NCBI GenBank assembly: GCA_036556865.1
Contig: DATBIQ010000138.1
Location: 1,441 to 65,440, forward strand
Reading direction: 5' to 3'
Length of the DNA stretch: 64,000 nucleotides
Source: Gaiella sp.
GTDB taxonomy: Bacteria; Actinomycetota; Thermoleophilia; Gaiellales; Gaiellaceae
Shown here: piece by piece, positions 1 through 10,271 of the stretch
Layout: every line of letters starts with the position of its first letter
How positions within the stretch are numbered: the first letter of the stretch is position 1
The notes under the pieces: model-generated
Database searches by the model: none
Told to the model about the DNA's origin: nothing
The model's input: only the letters and a program-made list of their open reading frames with translations
Made by a program: the position numbers and the translations under genes

Positions 1-1
1 G

Positions 2-364
2 GCGCCGGATGCGGGTGACGGGTTCGTGCTCGACGGCTTTCCCCGCAACCTCGCGCAGGCCGAGGCGCTCGACGCGATGCTCGGAGAGATCGGGCGCACG
101 CTGGACGCCGTCCTCTTCTTCGACCTCTCCGACGAGATCGCGACGGAGCGGATCCGTGGGCGGGCGCTCGACGAGGGCCGCGAGGACGACACGCCCGAGA
201 CGATCGCGCGCCGGCTCGCGATCTACCACGAGCAGACCGAGCCCGTGGTCGAGCGCTATCGCGTCACCGGCAAGCTCGTCCCGCTGCACGCGGAGCGCAC
301 GATCGGCGAGGTCGCGGCCGAGATCGACGAGGCGCTCGAGCTCGTGGAGGGCGCAGCCGCATGA
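2..364 (+). CDS. adk: Adenylate kinase, 3' part (truncated by window start)
   Basis: GFVLDGFPRNLAQA, GREDDTPETIARRLAIYHEQTEPV; upstream of map. Confidence 0.95.
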   Translation, partial: APDAGDGFVLDGFPRNLAQAEALDAMLGEIGRTLDAVLFFDLSDEIATERIRGRALDEGREDDTPETIARRLAIYHEQTEPVVERYRVTGKLVPLHAERTIGEVAAEIDEALELVEGAAA

Positions 365-1164
365 TCATCCGCAAGAGCCGCGCGGAGATCGAGAGAATCG
401 CGCGCGCGGGTGATCTCGTCGCCGAGACGATCGCCCATGTCGGCGAGCGGCTCGAGCCGGGCGTGACGACTCTCGAGCTCGACCGGATCGCCGACGAGTT
501 CATCCGCTCGCACGGCGGCGTGCCGACCTCGCTCGGGTACAAGGGCTTTCCACGCGCGATCTGCATCTCCGTCGACGACGTCGTCGTGCACGGCATTCCG
601 GACGAGACAGCGGTCGAGGAGGGCAGTCTCGTCACGATCGACGTCGGCGTCACGCTCGACGGCGCGATCGCCGACAGCGCGTACACGTTCGGGGTCGGCC
701 ACGTCGGCCGCGAGGCGCAGCGACTGCTCGACGTCTGCGAGGACGCGCTTGCGGCGGGCATCGCCGAGGCGCGGCTCGGCAACCGGATCGGCGACATCTC
801 GCACGCAGTGCAGATCGTCGTCGAGCGTGCCGGCTTCTCCGTCGTGAAGAGCCTCGTCGGCCACGGTGTCGGCCGTCACTACCACGAGGACCCGCACGTG
901 CCGAACTTCGGGCAGCCGGGCCGTGGCCCCCGTCTCTCGGAGGGGATGACTATCGCGATCGAGCCGATGATCACGATGGGCGGCCCGGAGGTGTGGCTCG
1001 CCGAGGACGGCTGGACGATCGCGACGACCGACGGCTCGCTCGCGGCCCACTTCGAGCACACCGTCGCGATCCTCCCCGAGGGGCCGCGGATCCTCACGCC
1101 GCGCGTGGGACCTGCCGCCCAAAGCGGCGGCTCCAGCATTCCGGCGCGCCGAGTCGTCGGCTGA
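361..1164 (+). CDS. map: Methionine aminopeptidase type I
   Basis: CISVDDVVVHGIP, DSAYT, GHGVGRHYHEDP, AIEPMIT, AHFEHT motifs. Confidence 0.96.
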   Translation: MIIRKSRAEIERIARAGDLVAETIAHVGERLEPGVTTLELDRIADEFIRSHGGVPTSLGYKGFPRAICISVDDVVVHGIPDETAVEEGSLVTIDVGVTLDGAIADSAYTFGVGHVGREAQRLLDVCEDALAAGIAEARLGNRIGDISHAVQIVVERAGFSVVKSLVGHGVGRHYHEDPHVPNFGQPGRGPRLSEGMTIAIEPMITMGGPEVWLAEDGWTIATTDGSLAAHFEHTVAILPEGPRILTPRVGPAAQSGGSSIPARRVVG

Positions 1165-1257
1165 GCGCTCCGGCGCCTCACCGCCGACCGGTTGAGGGGA
1201 CGGCCCGGGACGATTACACTCGAGTCGAGGTTCGAGGGACCTTCGGGGGAGGTCAAG

Positions 1258-2604
1258 GTGCGGCTCACCGTGACGACGGGGATGGGGCTTTCGGTGGTTG
1301 CGCTTGCCTGCGCCGGCGGAGCCGTCTCCGCGAACGGGGGAGTGCGTTCAGTGACGGCAGGGGAGGCGACACCCAAACCTCGGATCGGGGTCGTGTATGC
1401 CGGCGTCGGGACGACGGCGTCGACGCTCGTCGTCGGCGGAACGGTCGACACCGCGGGGCAGCAGACGACGTACGTGGTCGAGTACGGCCCGAGCGCGCAG
1501 TACGGCCGTCGTACGGAGCCGCAACCGCTGCCGGCCACCTCACCGGCGGGGACCACCACCCACGACGTGCGAGTCACGCTCGACGACGTCGCGCCCCATA
1601 CCCGCTACCACTACCGGCTCGTCATCTCCAACGCGCTCGGGTCGGTCGCCTCGCGGAACCGGACGATCGTCAGCGGTGGTGAGGCCCCACGCATCTCCGG
1701 GGCCTTCGTGCGGCCCGGCGCGACGCGGAACTCCGTCGTTCTCGGCGCTACCGTCGACACGCGTGGGCTCGTCACGGCGGTGCATGTCCAGTGCGGGCGC
1801 CTTCGCAGCACGGACGTCATCCTGCCGGCGATGCCCGGAAGAGGCTGGGCGCCGACGCGAGGCGAGGCACGCTTCGTCCTCCGCGACCTTGCGGTCGGCA
1901 AGCAGTACCCGTGTCGGCTGCTCGCCTTCAACGAGGCGGGTTCGACTGGATACCAGAGGCCGTTCGAAGCCGGCGCGCAGCCGCGAGGCGTACAGTCGCC
2001 CGCCGTCACGAGCGGCGCGACGCCGGCGGCGGTCGTCCTGACTGCGACGATCGACACCGGCGGCTCGCCCACGGAGTACCACATCGACTACGGCGCCGAT
2101 CGACGTTACGGATCCAGCACGCCAACCCGCCGCTTGCGTCCGAAGCCGGCTACGGGATGGACGCCGACGACGACGGAGATCCGAGCGAACCTCCGGGGAC
2201 TGGAGCCGGGCAAGACCTACTACTACCGCATCGTCGCGACGAACGCCGACGGCAGGCGTACCGTGAGCCGCTCGTTCGTCAGCGAAGGCCGAAGACCGTC
2301 GCTCTCGTACTCGTACGTCGCGTCCGGGGCCAACGCCTCCTCTCTTTCCGTGGTCGGGGCGATCGACACGGGCGGTCTCGCGACCACGGTGCACGTCGAG
2401 TACGGGCCCACTGTCTCGTATGGCTCGCGCACCGACGATACGAAGGTGTCGCCGTTTCCCGTCGCCAAGAGCTTCAGGCCGACGTTCGCCGAAGTGCGAA
2501 GCACCGACGTCCCGTCACCCCCCGGCATGTTCCATTACCGCATCGTCGCGACGAACGCGCTCGGCACTGCAATGTCGTCGGACCGGACGTTCACCCCGCG
2601 CTGA
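1258..2604 (+). CDS. Secreted protein with four fibronectin type III-like repeats
   Basis: GGAGG RBS before GTG 1258; signal-like N-terminus; repeated (V/I)DTxG..T...EYG....YG...Y(H/Y)YR(L/I)V..NAxG unit. Confidence 0.7.
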   Translation: MRLTVTTGMGLSVVALACAGGAVSANGGVRSVTAGEATPKPRIGVVYAGVGTTASTLVVGGTVDTAGQQTTYVVEYGPSAQYGRRTEPQPLPATSPAGTTTHDVRVTLDDVAPHTRYHYRLVISNALGSVASRNRTIVSGGEAPRISGAFVRPGATRNSVVLGATVDTRGLVTAVHVQCGRLRSTDVILPAMPGRGWAPTRGEARFVLRDLAVGKQYPCRLLAFNEAGSTGYQRPFEAGAQPRGVQSPAVTSGATPAAVVLTATIDTGGSPTEYHIDYGADRRYGSSTPTRRLRPKPATGWTPTTTEIRANLRGLEPGKTYYYRIVATNADGRRTVSRSFVSEGRRPSLSYSYVASGANASSLSVVGAIDTGGLATTVHVEYGPTVSYGSRTDDTKVSPFPVAKSFRPTFAEVRSTDVPSPPGMFHYRIVATNALGTAMSSDRTFTPR

Positions 2605-2768
2605 TCATCCAGGCGCTCGGGCCTCCCACCGAGCGCATGGAGACACGAGAGGCGCAGACCCCGCCGTCTGTCGGTTCACTCCTTTTGGGGGCATGCAAGC
2701 GGCGGTTGCGGTCGATTCCAACCGAGACATCCTGAGCCGCCTCTCGCTGCCCGAGCCCCGGCATCGAG

Positions 2769-5414
2769 ATGCACGAGGTCCGTATGCCGCAACGTGTCCG
2801 CCCGTCCGTTCGTGCCTTCGATCTGCGTCGTCGACTCCCGTTCGGGGCACTCCGCTACCTGCTCGCGGTCGCGGCACTCACGGGTGTCGCCGGAGGCGTG
2901 TACGCGGCTCAGAGCGCCTTCTCGGCAGGCGGTGCCGTCGTGTTCACGCCGTCCGCAGACGGCTACGTCAACCAGGCGCGTCCGACGCGAAGCTACGGGC
3001 GGCTCGGACGTCTCGTCGCAGACACGTCGCCGATGCTCGCGAGCTATCTGCGCTTCGACGTCACGAATCTCGACGGCGTCGTGACGAGCGCCAAGCTCCG
3101 CCTCTGGGTCTACGACGCCACGAGCGACGGGCCGAAGGTGTTCGCCACGAGCACGTCGTGGACGGAGACCGAGCTGACCTGGAACACGCGGCCTCAGGTG
3201 ACGTCGGGTCTGCTCGACGACAGGGAGGGCCTGCCCAAGGGCGCATGGGCGCAGTACGACGTCTCGTCGGTCGTCAAGGGGAACGGGGCGTTCGGCTTCG
3301 TCCTCCAGCCGATGTCGACGAACGACGTGTTCTTCTACTCGAAGGAAGGCTCGACGAAGCCCCAGCTCGTCGTGACGACGAGTGCCCCCGCCGCGTCCGA
3401 CACGACCCCCCCGACCGCACCGACTGGACTGAGCGCGGCCCCGATCACGCAGACGAGCGTCGGCCTCACGTGGGGGCCGTCGGACGACGTCGGCGGAGTC
3501 GCGCGGTACGACGTCTACAGGGGGACGACCATGGTCGGATCGGCGACACAGACGTCGTTCACCGTCGGCGGCCTTGGGTGCGGAACTGCCTACACATTCG
3601 GCGTCGAGGCCGTCGACGCCGCCGGCAACGTCTCGCCGCGTGCGGCCCTGATCGTGGCGACCCAGGCGTGCGCCTCGTCGTCCACCGTCACGCTTCCCGC
3701 GCGCGCCGCGTTCTACTATCCGTGGTATCCGGAGACGTGGACGGTGAACGGCGCCCACGTCGGTTACACCCCCTCACTCGGCTACTACAGCTCGGCGAGC
3801 GTCTCCGTCGTCGACTCGCACCTGCGTCAGCTCGAGCGAGCGAAGGTCGACGTCTCCATCGCGTCCTGGTGGGGGCCCGGCGACAAGTACGACTCGCGGC
3901 TGCCGCTTCTCTTCGACCGCACGGCAGCGCTCGGATCGCGCGTCCGGTGGGCGGCGTACTACGAGGACGAGGGGTACGGGAACCCGAGCGTCGCCCAGAT
4001 CCAATCCGATCTCAGCTACCTCCTCGCCAACTACGCCAACCGGCCCGAGTATGCGCGGGTCAACGGGAAACCGGTCATCTTCGTCTACAACGTGGGCGAC
4101 GGATGCGAGCTGGTGGATCGCTGGCGCCAGGCGGCGGGAGACGCGTGGTACGTCTCTCTCAAGGTCTTCTCCGGCTATCGAACATGCTCGAGCCAGCCCT
4201 CGACGTGGCACCAGTACTCGGGTTCGGTCGCGAGCGACTGGCAGCGCGGCTACTCGTACACGATCTCGCCGGGCTTCTGGCGCGCAGACGAGTCGGCCGC
4301 GCGCCTTCCGCGCGATATCGACCGCTTCCGCCAGAACGTGAGCGACATGGTCGCGTCGGGCGAGCCGTGGCAGCTCGTCGTGAGCTTCAACGAGTGGGGG
4401 GAGGGCACGGCGATCGAGGAGGCAAACGAATGGGGCTCGAGCTACATCGACGCGCTCGCGGGCGTTGCGCCTCCGCCGACGTCTCCTCCGCCTCCGCCTC
4501 CGCCTCCGCCTCCGCCTCCGCCTCCGCCTCCGTCCGGGGAGTCGGTCACCCTCGCAGCGGTCGGCGACGTCGGCGCGAACAGCCGCTCGGAGGCGACACT
4601 GCGTGCGATCAACGACTCGGGAGCGTCGTTCGCACTACTGCTCGGCGACGCCTCGTACGAGGAGATCGTCCCCGAGTCCGCCTGGTGCGCGTGGGTCCAT
4701 GCTCGCTTGCCGATGGGCTTCGAGCTCGTCGCCGGAAACCACGAGGAGGACTCCAGGGTCGACGGCTTCATCCGCAACTTCACCGCGTGCATGCCGAGCC
4801 GGATGAGTGCAGTCGGGGACTACGGCACCGAGTACTACCTCGATCGGGGCCCGGTCAGGGTGATTCTCGTCGCGGCCGACCTCACCGTGGACGGCGTGGC
4901 CTACGACTACGTCCCGGGGAGCGCCCACTACACGTGGCTGAGAGATCGCATCAGGGAGGCGAAAGCCGCAGGCCGCAAGGTGATCGTCGGGATGCACAAG
5001 AACTGTCTCACGGCCGGCGTCAAGTCGTGCGAGATCGGTGACGCGCTCCAGGATCTGCTCATCGCCGAGCACGTCGACCTCGTGGTTCAGGGGCACGATC
5101 ACACGTACCAGCGACTCGCCCAGCTCCGGTGCGCGAACCCCGGTGTGTTCGAGGCGTCGTGCGTGGCCGACAGTGGAGCCGACGGTGCCTACTCGGGCGA
5201 CGGAACCGTGTTCCTGATCGTCGGAAGCGGTGGCCGTTCGCTGTACACGATCGATTCGGGAGATCCCGATTTCCCGTACGTCGCGAAGTGGCTCGGCGGA
5301 CAGTCCTCGAACGCCGGTCAGGGGTTCCTGAAACTCGTCGTCACGTCCACGCAGATCAGCGGCACGTTCGTCGGTTCGACGACGTCGTTCTCCGATGCCT
5401 TCGTCATCGAGTAG
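2769..5414 (+). CDS. Secreted multidomain protein: DNRLRE/CBM96-like + FN3 + GH99-like hydrolase + poly-Pro linker + calcineurin-like metallophosphoesterase
   Basis: ADGYV...YLRFDV...SAKLRL...TWN...SKE...PQLVV; DTTPPTAP...AVDAAGNVS; FYYPWY, SWW, SPGF, SFNEWGEGTAIE; GDVG, GDASY, GNHE, GHDHTYQR. Confidence 0.8.
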   Translation: MHEVRMPQRVRPSVRAFDLRRRLPFGALRYLLAVAALTGVAGGVYAAQSAFSAGGAVVFTPSADGYVNQARPTRSYGRLGRLVADTSPMLASYLRFDVTNLDGVVTSAKLRLWVYDATSDGPKVFATSTSWTETELTWNTRPQVTSGLLDDREGLPKGAWAQYDVSSVVKGNGAFGFVLQPMSTNDVFFYSKEGSTKPQLVVTTSAPAASDTTPPTAPTGLSAAPITQTSVGLTWGPSDDVGGVARYDVYRGTTMVGSATQTSFTVGGLGCGTAYTFGVEAVDAAGNVSPRAALIVATQACASSSTVTLPARAAFYYPWYPETWTVNGAHVGYTPSLGYYSSASVSVVDSHLRQLERAKVDVSIASWWGPGDKYDSRLPLLFDRTAALGSRVRWAAYYEDEGYGNPSVAQIQSDLSYLLANYANRPEYARVNGKPVIFVYNVGDGCELVDRWRQAAGDAWYVSLKVFSGYRTCSSQPSTWHQYSGSVASDWQRGYSYTISPGFWRADESAARLPRDIDRFRQNVSDMVASGEPWQLVVSFNEWGEGTAIEEANEWGSSYIDALAGVAPPPTSPPPPPPPPPPPPPPPPSGESVTLAAVGDVGANSRSEATLRAINDSGASFALLLGDASYEEIVPESAWCAWVHARLPMGFELVAGNHEEDSRVDGFIRNFTACMPSRMSAVGDYGTEYYLDRGPVRVILVAADLTVDGVAYDYVPGSAHYTWLRDRIREAKAAGRKVIVGMHKNCLTAGVKSCEIGDALQDLLIAEHVDLVVQGHDHTYQRLAQLRCANPGVFEASCVADSGADGAYSGDGTVFLIVGSGGRSLYTIDSGDPDFPYVAKWLGGQSSNAGQGFLKLVVTSTQISGTFVGSTTSFSDAFVIE
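4485..4532 (+). repeat. (CCTCCG)8 repeat encoding a 16-Pro linker
   Basis: Eight perfect CCTCCG units read directly. Confidence 0.95.
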
Positions 5415-5500
5415 AGCGTCGTGGGCGGGAGGATGTTAACGCGATCGTCATGGGATCTTCTCCCGCTCGGCCGGTCTGTCGAGCACAATGCAGGCTCGTG

Positions 5501-5743
5501 ATGCTCAAGCGCCTCGTGCACGGCCCGATGATCGTGGTCCGTTGGTGCGCCGTCGTGGTCGGTGTGCTCGGCTGGCTCCTCGTCGTGCCGCTCCTCGAGA
5601 TCGGTCGCTCGGTCGGCCGGGCGATCGCACGCACACTCCCCCGAAGCGCACGCCGGGACGCGCTCCCCGAGCCCGCTACGAACGACAGCGGCGTCGACGA
5701 GCTCGACGACCGACGCGCTGCGAGCCGCACACGCTCCGCGTAG
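5501..5743 (+). CDS. Small putative membrane protein
   Basis: MLKRLVHGPMIVVRWCAVVVGVLGWLLVVPLLEIG hydrophobic stretch; fills intergenic gap. Confidence 0.4.
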   Translation: MLKRLVHGPMIVVRWCAVVVGVLGWLLVVPLLEIGRSVGRAIARTLPRSARRDALPEPATNDSGVDELDDRRAASRTRSA

Positions 5744-5837
5744 GCGCCAGCCTCTTCCGTGAAGGCGAGCGGGCCGCGGGGGGAATCGCGGCCCGCTCGC
5801 GCGTGGCTGAGGCGTCGTGGTGTCCACGAGGCCATCG

Positions 5838-7967
5838 CTACGGCGCGACAAACTCCCGTCCCAGCACGAGGTCGTCGTAGGCGATGTCGAAGGTGCGGTT
5901 TGTGTCGTTGTCGCCGAGTTGGAGGCGTCCGATCGGGTTGGAGCCGAGGTTTTCGGTTCGTGTGAGCGAGCCGATGACGGCGCCGTCGTACCAGGTCTCG
6001 ACGAGCGAGGACGCGCCCGCGATCTGGACGTGGAGCTGCACTTCGTGCCAGACGCCGTTGGTGACCGTTGTCGTGCTCGTTCGGGTCACGCCGGCGACGT
6101 CGTTGCGGTAGGCGAGCTTGCCGGTCGAGCTGACGTGGACGCCGATGATGGAGGAGCCCGTCGAGGTGCGCAGCTTGCCGAGGTAGGCGACGCCGGTCCT
6201 GCTGGTGATCAGGAAGCGCAGCCGGTAGTAGACGTCGGTCACCGGCGTCCCCAGGTACTTCTGCGCTTGGGAGACCGGCGGGGCAAGGGCACGTGCTGCC
6301 CAGGCGCCCGAGAAGACCTGGCTCTGCTGTGTGGTCAGGCCGCTGACGACCGTCCACTGGCTCAGGTTTCCCGACTCGAAGCCGTCGGTGAAGATCACCG
6401 TGGAGACGGCCGGGGTCGTGACGTCGACCGAGCTCGACCAGTCGGACGGGTTGCCCGCGAGGTCACGTGCGCGCACCGCGTACGTGTAGGTGGAGGCCGG
6501 GCTCACGCTCGTGTCCGTGAACGTCGTCTGCGTCCCGATCGGGGTGATCACCTGGCCGCCGGGGCCGTCACGCTTGACGTCGTAGCCGACGACGCCAACG
6601 TTGTCGGTCGACGCCGACCACGACAGATCCACGCTGTTCGACGAGGTGGCCGAGCCCGCCAGACCCGCAGGCACACTCGGCGGCGTCGTGTCCTGCGCTG
6701 CACCCGAGCACGTGAGGGCACCGGAATCGAGGACCGTCGGTCCCTTGTAGCCCTCGTAGCGGTATGCCGCGCCGCCGGCGTTGAGCTCCATGCGGAGCGC
6801 GCCGTAGGCGGCGGGAGCCGAGTCGGCGCCCACCGCGAGCCTGGGATCGGTGCGAACGAACGACTGGATGGCGTGACCGCCGCTACCGACTACGAACTGC
6901 GTGATTCCGGTGGGGTCGACGTTCCCGTTGCGATCGAGGGGTTGCCACCGCTGATACGAGTGGTCGTGGCCGGTCAGGACTACGTCGGCCCCGCGATCGA
7001 CGAGAAGCTTCCAGATGTCGTTCATCGCGGGCGTGTTGCCCTGGGGCCCGACGCTGTAGACCGGGTGATGGAAGGCGACGAGCGTGCAGGGGAGCTGGTT
7101 CGCGAGGAGGTCGGCGTTCAGCCACTGATACTGAGGCGATCCGGGGCCGAACTGACCGAATTGCGAGTTGCTGTTCAGGACCACGACGTGCCATCCGCCT
7201 GCGTCCACGCTGTAGTAGTTCGGGATGTTGTCCCAGTAGTCGAAGTACCCGGGCGCAACGCCTGCTTCGAATTCGTGGTTGCCGATGGTCGGATTCGTCA
7301 CCGCCTTGAGCCTGCCGAAGTACGTTGAGCTCGTTCCGTACCAGTTGAAGAACTCCGTCGGTGCGCCCTTCTCGTACACGTCACCCGTGTAGAGGAAGAG
7401 GTTGGGATCCCATGAAGCCAGCATGTCGGTCACGCCGAGCGCATTCGCCTCGCCGCTCGCGCCGTCGCCGGTCACCGCGAGGACGAACGGCTGCCCGGGC
7501 GCCGGCTGGGTGCCGGAACTGGGCTGGAAGGTGTTCGTGTTGACCGGCGGTTGTGTGACGCCGTTCCCGAACGTGACGTGGATGCTTGCGGGAGACGACT
7601 CGAAGCCGTCACGCATGATCGCGTAGACCGTCAAGGCGGGTTGGCCGTCCACGAACTTCGCCGTCGGAAGGACGAAGGTGTACGGAGACTGGTAGTCGGT
7701 GAGCAGGTACTGGCCCCCGAGACCGAAGACCATGCGTCGCACACCGGGGTTCGTGCCTGTCACCGAAACCGTGGCGGTGACGGTGACGTTGCCCGACAGC
7801 GAGGCGCCGTCCGAGGGCGCCGTGATGCAGACGATCACCTCGTAGCCTGCAGTTGTGCTCGTCGTGCAGCCGGGGGCCGCTGCTGCGGGCAGCACGCTGG
7901 CGAGCCCTGCGACGAGCAGCGCTCCCCCGGCGAGGAAGACGATTGCCAAGCGGCGTAGCGGTCCCAT
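5838..7967 (-). CDS. Secreted Ig-like + metallophosphoesterase (purple acid phosphatase-like) + FN3 + beta-sandwich protein
   Basis: RBS AGGGGG; signal MGPLRRLAIVFL...AAA; GDGA, GDVY, GNHE, HHP, GHDHSYQR; DTTPPSVP...ARDLAGN. Confidence 0.8.
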   Translation of the reverse strand: MGPLRRLAIVFLAGGALLVAGLASVLPAAAAPGCTTSTTAGYEVIVCITAPSDGASLSGNVTVTATVSVTGTNPGVRRMVFGLGGQYLLTDYQSPYTFVLPTAKFVDGQPALTVYAIMRDGFESSPASIHVTFGNGVTQPPVNTNTFQPSSGTQPAPGQPFVLAVTGDGASGEANALGVTDMLASWDPNLFLYTGDVYEKGAPTEFFNWYGTSSTYFGRLKAVTNPTIGNHEFEAGVAPGYFDYWDNIPNYYSVDAGGWHVVVLNSNSQFGQFGPGSPQYQWLNADLLANQLPCTLVAFHHPVYSVGPQGNTPAMNDIWKLLVDRGADVVLTGHDHSYQRWQPLDRNGNVDPTGITQFVVGSGGHAIQSFVRTDPRLAVGADSAPAAYGALRMELNAGGAAYRYEGYKGPTVLDSGALTCSGAAQDTTPPSVPAGLAGSATSSNSVDLSWSASTDNVGVVGYDVKRDGPGGQVITPIGTQTTFTDTSVSPASTYTYAVRARDLAGNPSDWSSSVDVTTPAVSTVIFTDGFESGNLSQWTVVSGLTTQQSQVFSGAWAARALAPPVSQAQKYLGTPVTDVYYRLRFLITSRTGVAYLGKLRTSTGSSIIGVHVSSTGKLAYRNDVAGVTRTSTTTVTNGVWHEVQLHVQIAGASSLVETWYDGAVIGSLTRTENLGSNPIGRLQLGDNDTNRTFDIAYDDLVLGREFVAP

Positions 7968-8052
7968 CAGTGTGCCCCCTTGGGTCAAAGAATCGGTCGT
8001 CGTGCGCGGCGGTGCCGCGTCGTCGTCGAGCGTTTGTCCAGCGTGGTTCGTC

Positions 8053-9258
8053 TCATGTCGTTCGTGTCCATGACGCAAGCGGGTCGTGGCCGTCGTCGTC
8101 GTCGTCGTGCGAGCCGAGCCTGCTCGCGAGGTCGGGATCGACGAGCGCGAGCTCGGGGCTGACGCGCTCGCCGTCGAGCGCGGCCGGTCGTCGGCGACGG
8201 CGGATCGCCGCTGCGCCGACCAGGGCGGCCAGCGTCAGCAGGCCGATGAGCAGCGGGGTTCCGTACCGGATCCCCGTCGCAGCGCGCGGCGCCGTGTCGC
8301 TCGAGTCGAGGTCCGCCTTGGAGTTGAACCCGGCTCCGAGCACGTCCGACGTGATTTCGAGGTACCGGTTGCCGTACCGCTCGCTCGGCTCGATGTGGGT
8401 GTTCTCGCTGAACTCGTTCCAGCTGATGATCCCGAGTGCGTCGGGATTCGACCGCACCGCACCGTCGAGTCGCTGGCGGTAGGTCTGTCCATTCCGTCGG
8501 TCGACGACGGAGGAGCCGCCGACGAGGCGTGCGTCGAATCCGGGTGCAGCCGGCGCGATCCAGAGGCCCCCGCGGTCGTGGACGGCGCGGCCCATCTCGA
8601 CGAGCTTCTTCCAGTACGTGGGCCAGCGCGCGGGATCGACGGAGGACCAGTAGTACGCATTGCCGTCGACAAGAGGTGCCACGCGTCGGTAGCCGGCGAC
8701 GTCCTTCTCGGAGGCGAGAAGGAGTACACGCCCTCGGAGCCGCCGGCTCACGGCAGCGATCTCGGATGCGCTGAAACGCCAGCTTCCGGACCAGATGACG
8801 AGGGGCTTCGCGAACAGGTGGAACGGCTTGCGAGAGGCATAGTGGTCGGCGAACTGATCCAAGTCGGCTTCGATGCGCGCTATCGGAAGCGGATGTCGCT
8901 CGAAGTCGAGCCCCTGGTAGATCAGCGCAAGCCGGAAGTTCTCTTGCTGGGCGACGTCGATCAGGCGCTCCAGCCTCCGGTTCAGGCGCCACGAGCTCTT
9001 CCAGCTGACGATGAAGCCGTCGATGCCGGCCTGCTTCGCCCATTGCACGTGCTGGCGCATGACGCGACGCTCGTCGCTCGAGTAGCGTCCGAGGAGCGGA
9101 AGCTCGCGCTTTGCGCGGTCCCACGAGGTGGCGTCGAACCAGATGTAGTAGTAGGCCAGCGTGGGGCGGGGGTCGGTCGGCGAGGCCGAAGCGGCACTCA
9201 CCATCCCGAGCGCCACCGCAACGCTCACGATCGCGGCGATCGTGGAGCCGCGTCTCAT
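8053..9258 (-). CDS. GH99/GH71-like glycoside hydrolase with C-terminal membrane anchor
   Basis: Signal peptide; AYYYIWF, GRYSS, APGFD, SWNEFSENTHIEP; C-terminal TM followed by RRRRR. Confidence 0.8.
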   Translation of the reverse strand: MRRGSTIAAIVSVAVALGMVSAASASPTDPRPTLAYYYIWFDATSWDRAKRELPLLGRYSSDERRVMRQHVQWAKQAGIDGFIVSWKSSWRLNRRLERLIDVAQQENFRLALIYQGLDFERHPLPIARIEADLDQFADHYASRKPFHLFAKPLVIWSGSWRFSASEIAAVSRRLRGRVLLLASEKDVAGYRRVAPLVDGNAYYWSSVDPARWPTYWKKLVEMGRAVHDRGGLWIAPAAPGFDARLVGGSSVVDRRNGQTYRQRLDGAVRSNPDALGIISWNEFSENTHIEPSERYGNRYLEITSDVLGAGFNSKADLDSSDTAPRAATGIRYGTPLLIGLLTLAALVGAAAIRRRRRPAALDGERVSPELALVDPDLASRLGSHDDDDDGHDPLASWTRTT

Positions 9259-10271
9259 ACGCGACCTGCCACACGCCCGCCGCGTCGCTTCGGATAGAGG
9301 ACGCCGAGAAAGGAGAAGAGATGCGGGCGGCCGATGTAGAGGAGACCGAGTGCCGTTACGACGAGGATCGCCACTGTCAGCCCGATGTCGACGTAGCTGA
9401 GCACCTCGAGCGGCACGTCCTGGTTCCGCGACAGCGTGACGGGCCGGAGGAACGAGAGCCCCGGCGCTTTCACCTCGACCCAGTACTCCCCGCGGGCGAG
9501 CCCTCCCACGACGAGCTTCCCGGAGGACGTGAACGGGTGGTACGTCCACCTTCCGTCCGGATGTCGCAGTCGGACGCCGCTCCCGATGGGAAAGCCGAAC
9601 AGCGCGTCGCGCGCCGCGAATCGCGCCGAGTACAGCAGCAACGTGATCCCGAACGCGCGCTGCTTGCGCGGGAAGAACCGCTGCTGCGCCCGGTTGACGA
9701 CGTTCGCGCCGTCGACCCTCACGCGCTCGATGCTCTGGAGGACGTCCTTCGCCAGCGGGCCGTTGGGGGTCGAGACCACGCGGACCCCTTGTAGCCAGAG
9801 AGGGCCACTCACCGAGGCGGCCTGCGCCTCCGTGATGACACCGGGGCTGCTTCGCAGGCTGAGGAACTCGACACGAGTGGGGTCGATCCGCTGGCCGTGG
9901 AGGTTCTCGAACGTGAAGTCGATCGCATAATCGACGTTCAGCGCCGCGATCAGCCGCGTTTGGCGTGGCCGATCCAGGTCTCCGTACCAACGCGCGAGCG
10001 AGGCACGTACGCCCGGACGAGTCACCGTGGCGACGCCGTGAAGTCGGTCGCGCAGCGGCGATCCGCCCGAATAGGTGATTCGCGCCACGCCGCCGCCACG
10101 CGTCGTGAATCGCCTGCCGTCGAGCGTGAATCTCATTCCCGAGAGCGGTGGCACGGTTCGAACCTCGAGCACGCTCGTCGAGGGCGGTGCGCCGAGAGCG
10201 GGCGCCGACGCGGCGCCTCCGATCACGAGAAGCGCTACGACAGTGCCGATCACGCGGGGAGCGAGTGTCAT
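9255..10271 (-). CDS. Exported beta-rich protein with C-terminal TM anchor, unknown function
   Basis: Signal [16 protein letters not shown]-terminal TM; 4-nt overlaps with both neighbours. Confidence 0.7.
   Translation of the reverse strand: MTLAPRVIGTVVALLVIGGAASAPALGAPPSTSVLEVRTVPPLSGMRFTLDGRRFTTRGGGVARITYSGGSPLRDRLHGVATVTRPGVRASLARWYGDLDRPRQTRLIAALNVDYAIDFTFENLHGQRIDPTRVEFLSLRSSPGVITEAQAASVSGPLWLQGVRVVSTPNGPLAKDVLQSIERVRVDGANVVNRAQQRFFPRKQRAFGITLLLYSARFAARDALFGFPIGSGVRLRHPDGRWTYHPFTSSGKLVVGGLARGEYWVEVKAPGLSFLRPVTLSRNQDVPLEVLSYVDIGLTVAILVVTALGLLYIGRPHLFSFLGVLYPKRRGGRVAGRV

Noticed and set aside
2420..5041. Long alternative-frame and antisense ORFs (e.g. 2420-5041, 20956-23013, 55033-57075)
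   Set aside because: Arg/Ala/Pro-rich shadows of real genes, expected in very high-GC DNA; no motifs
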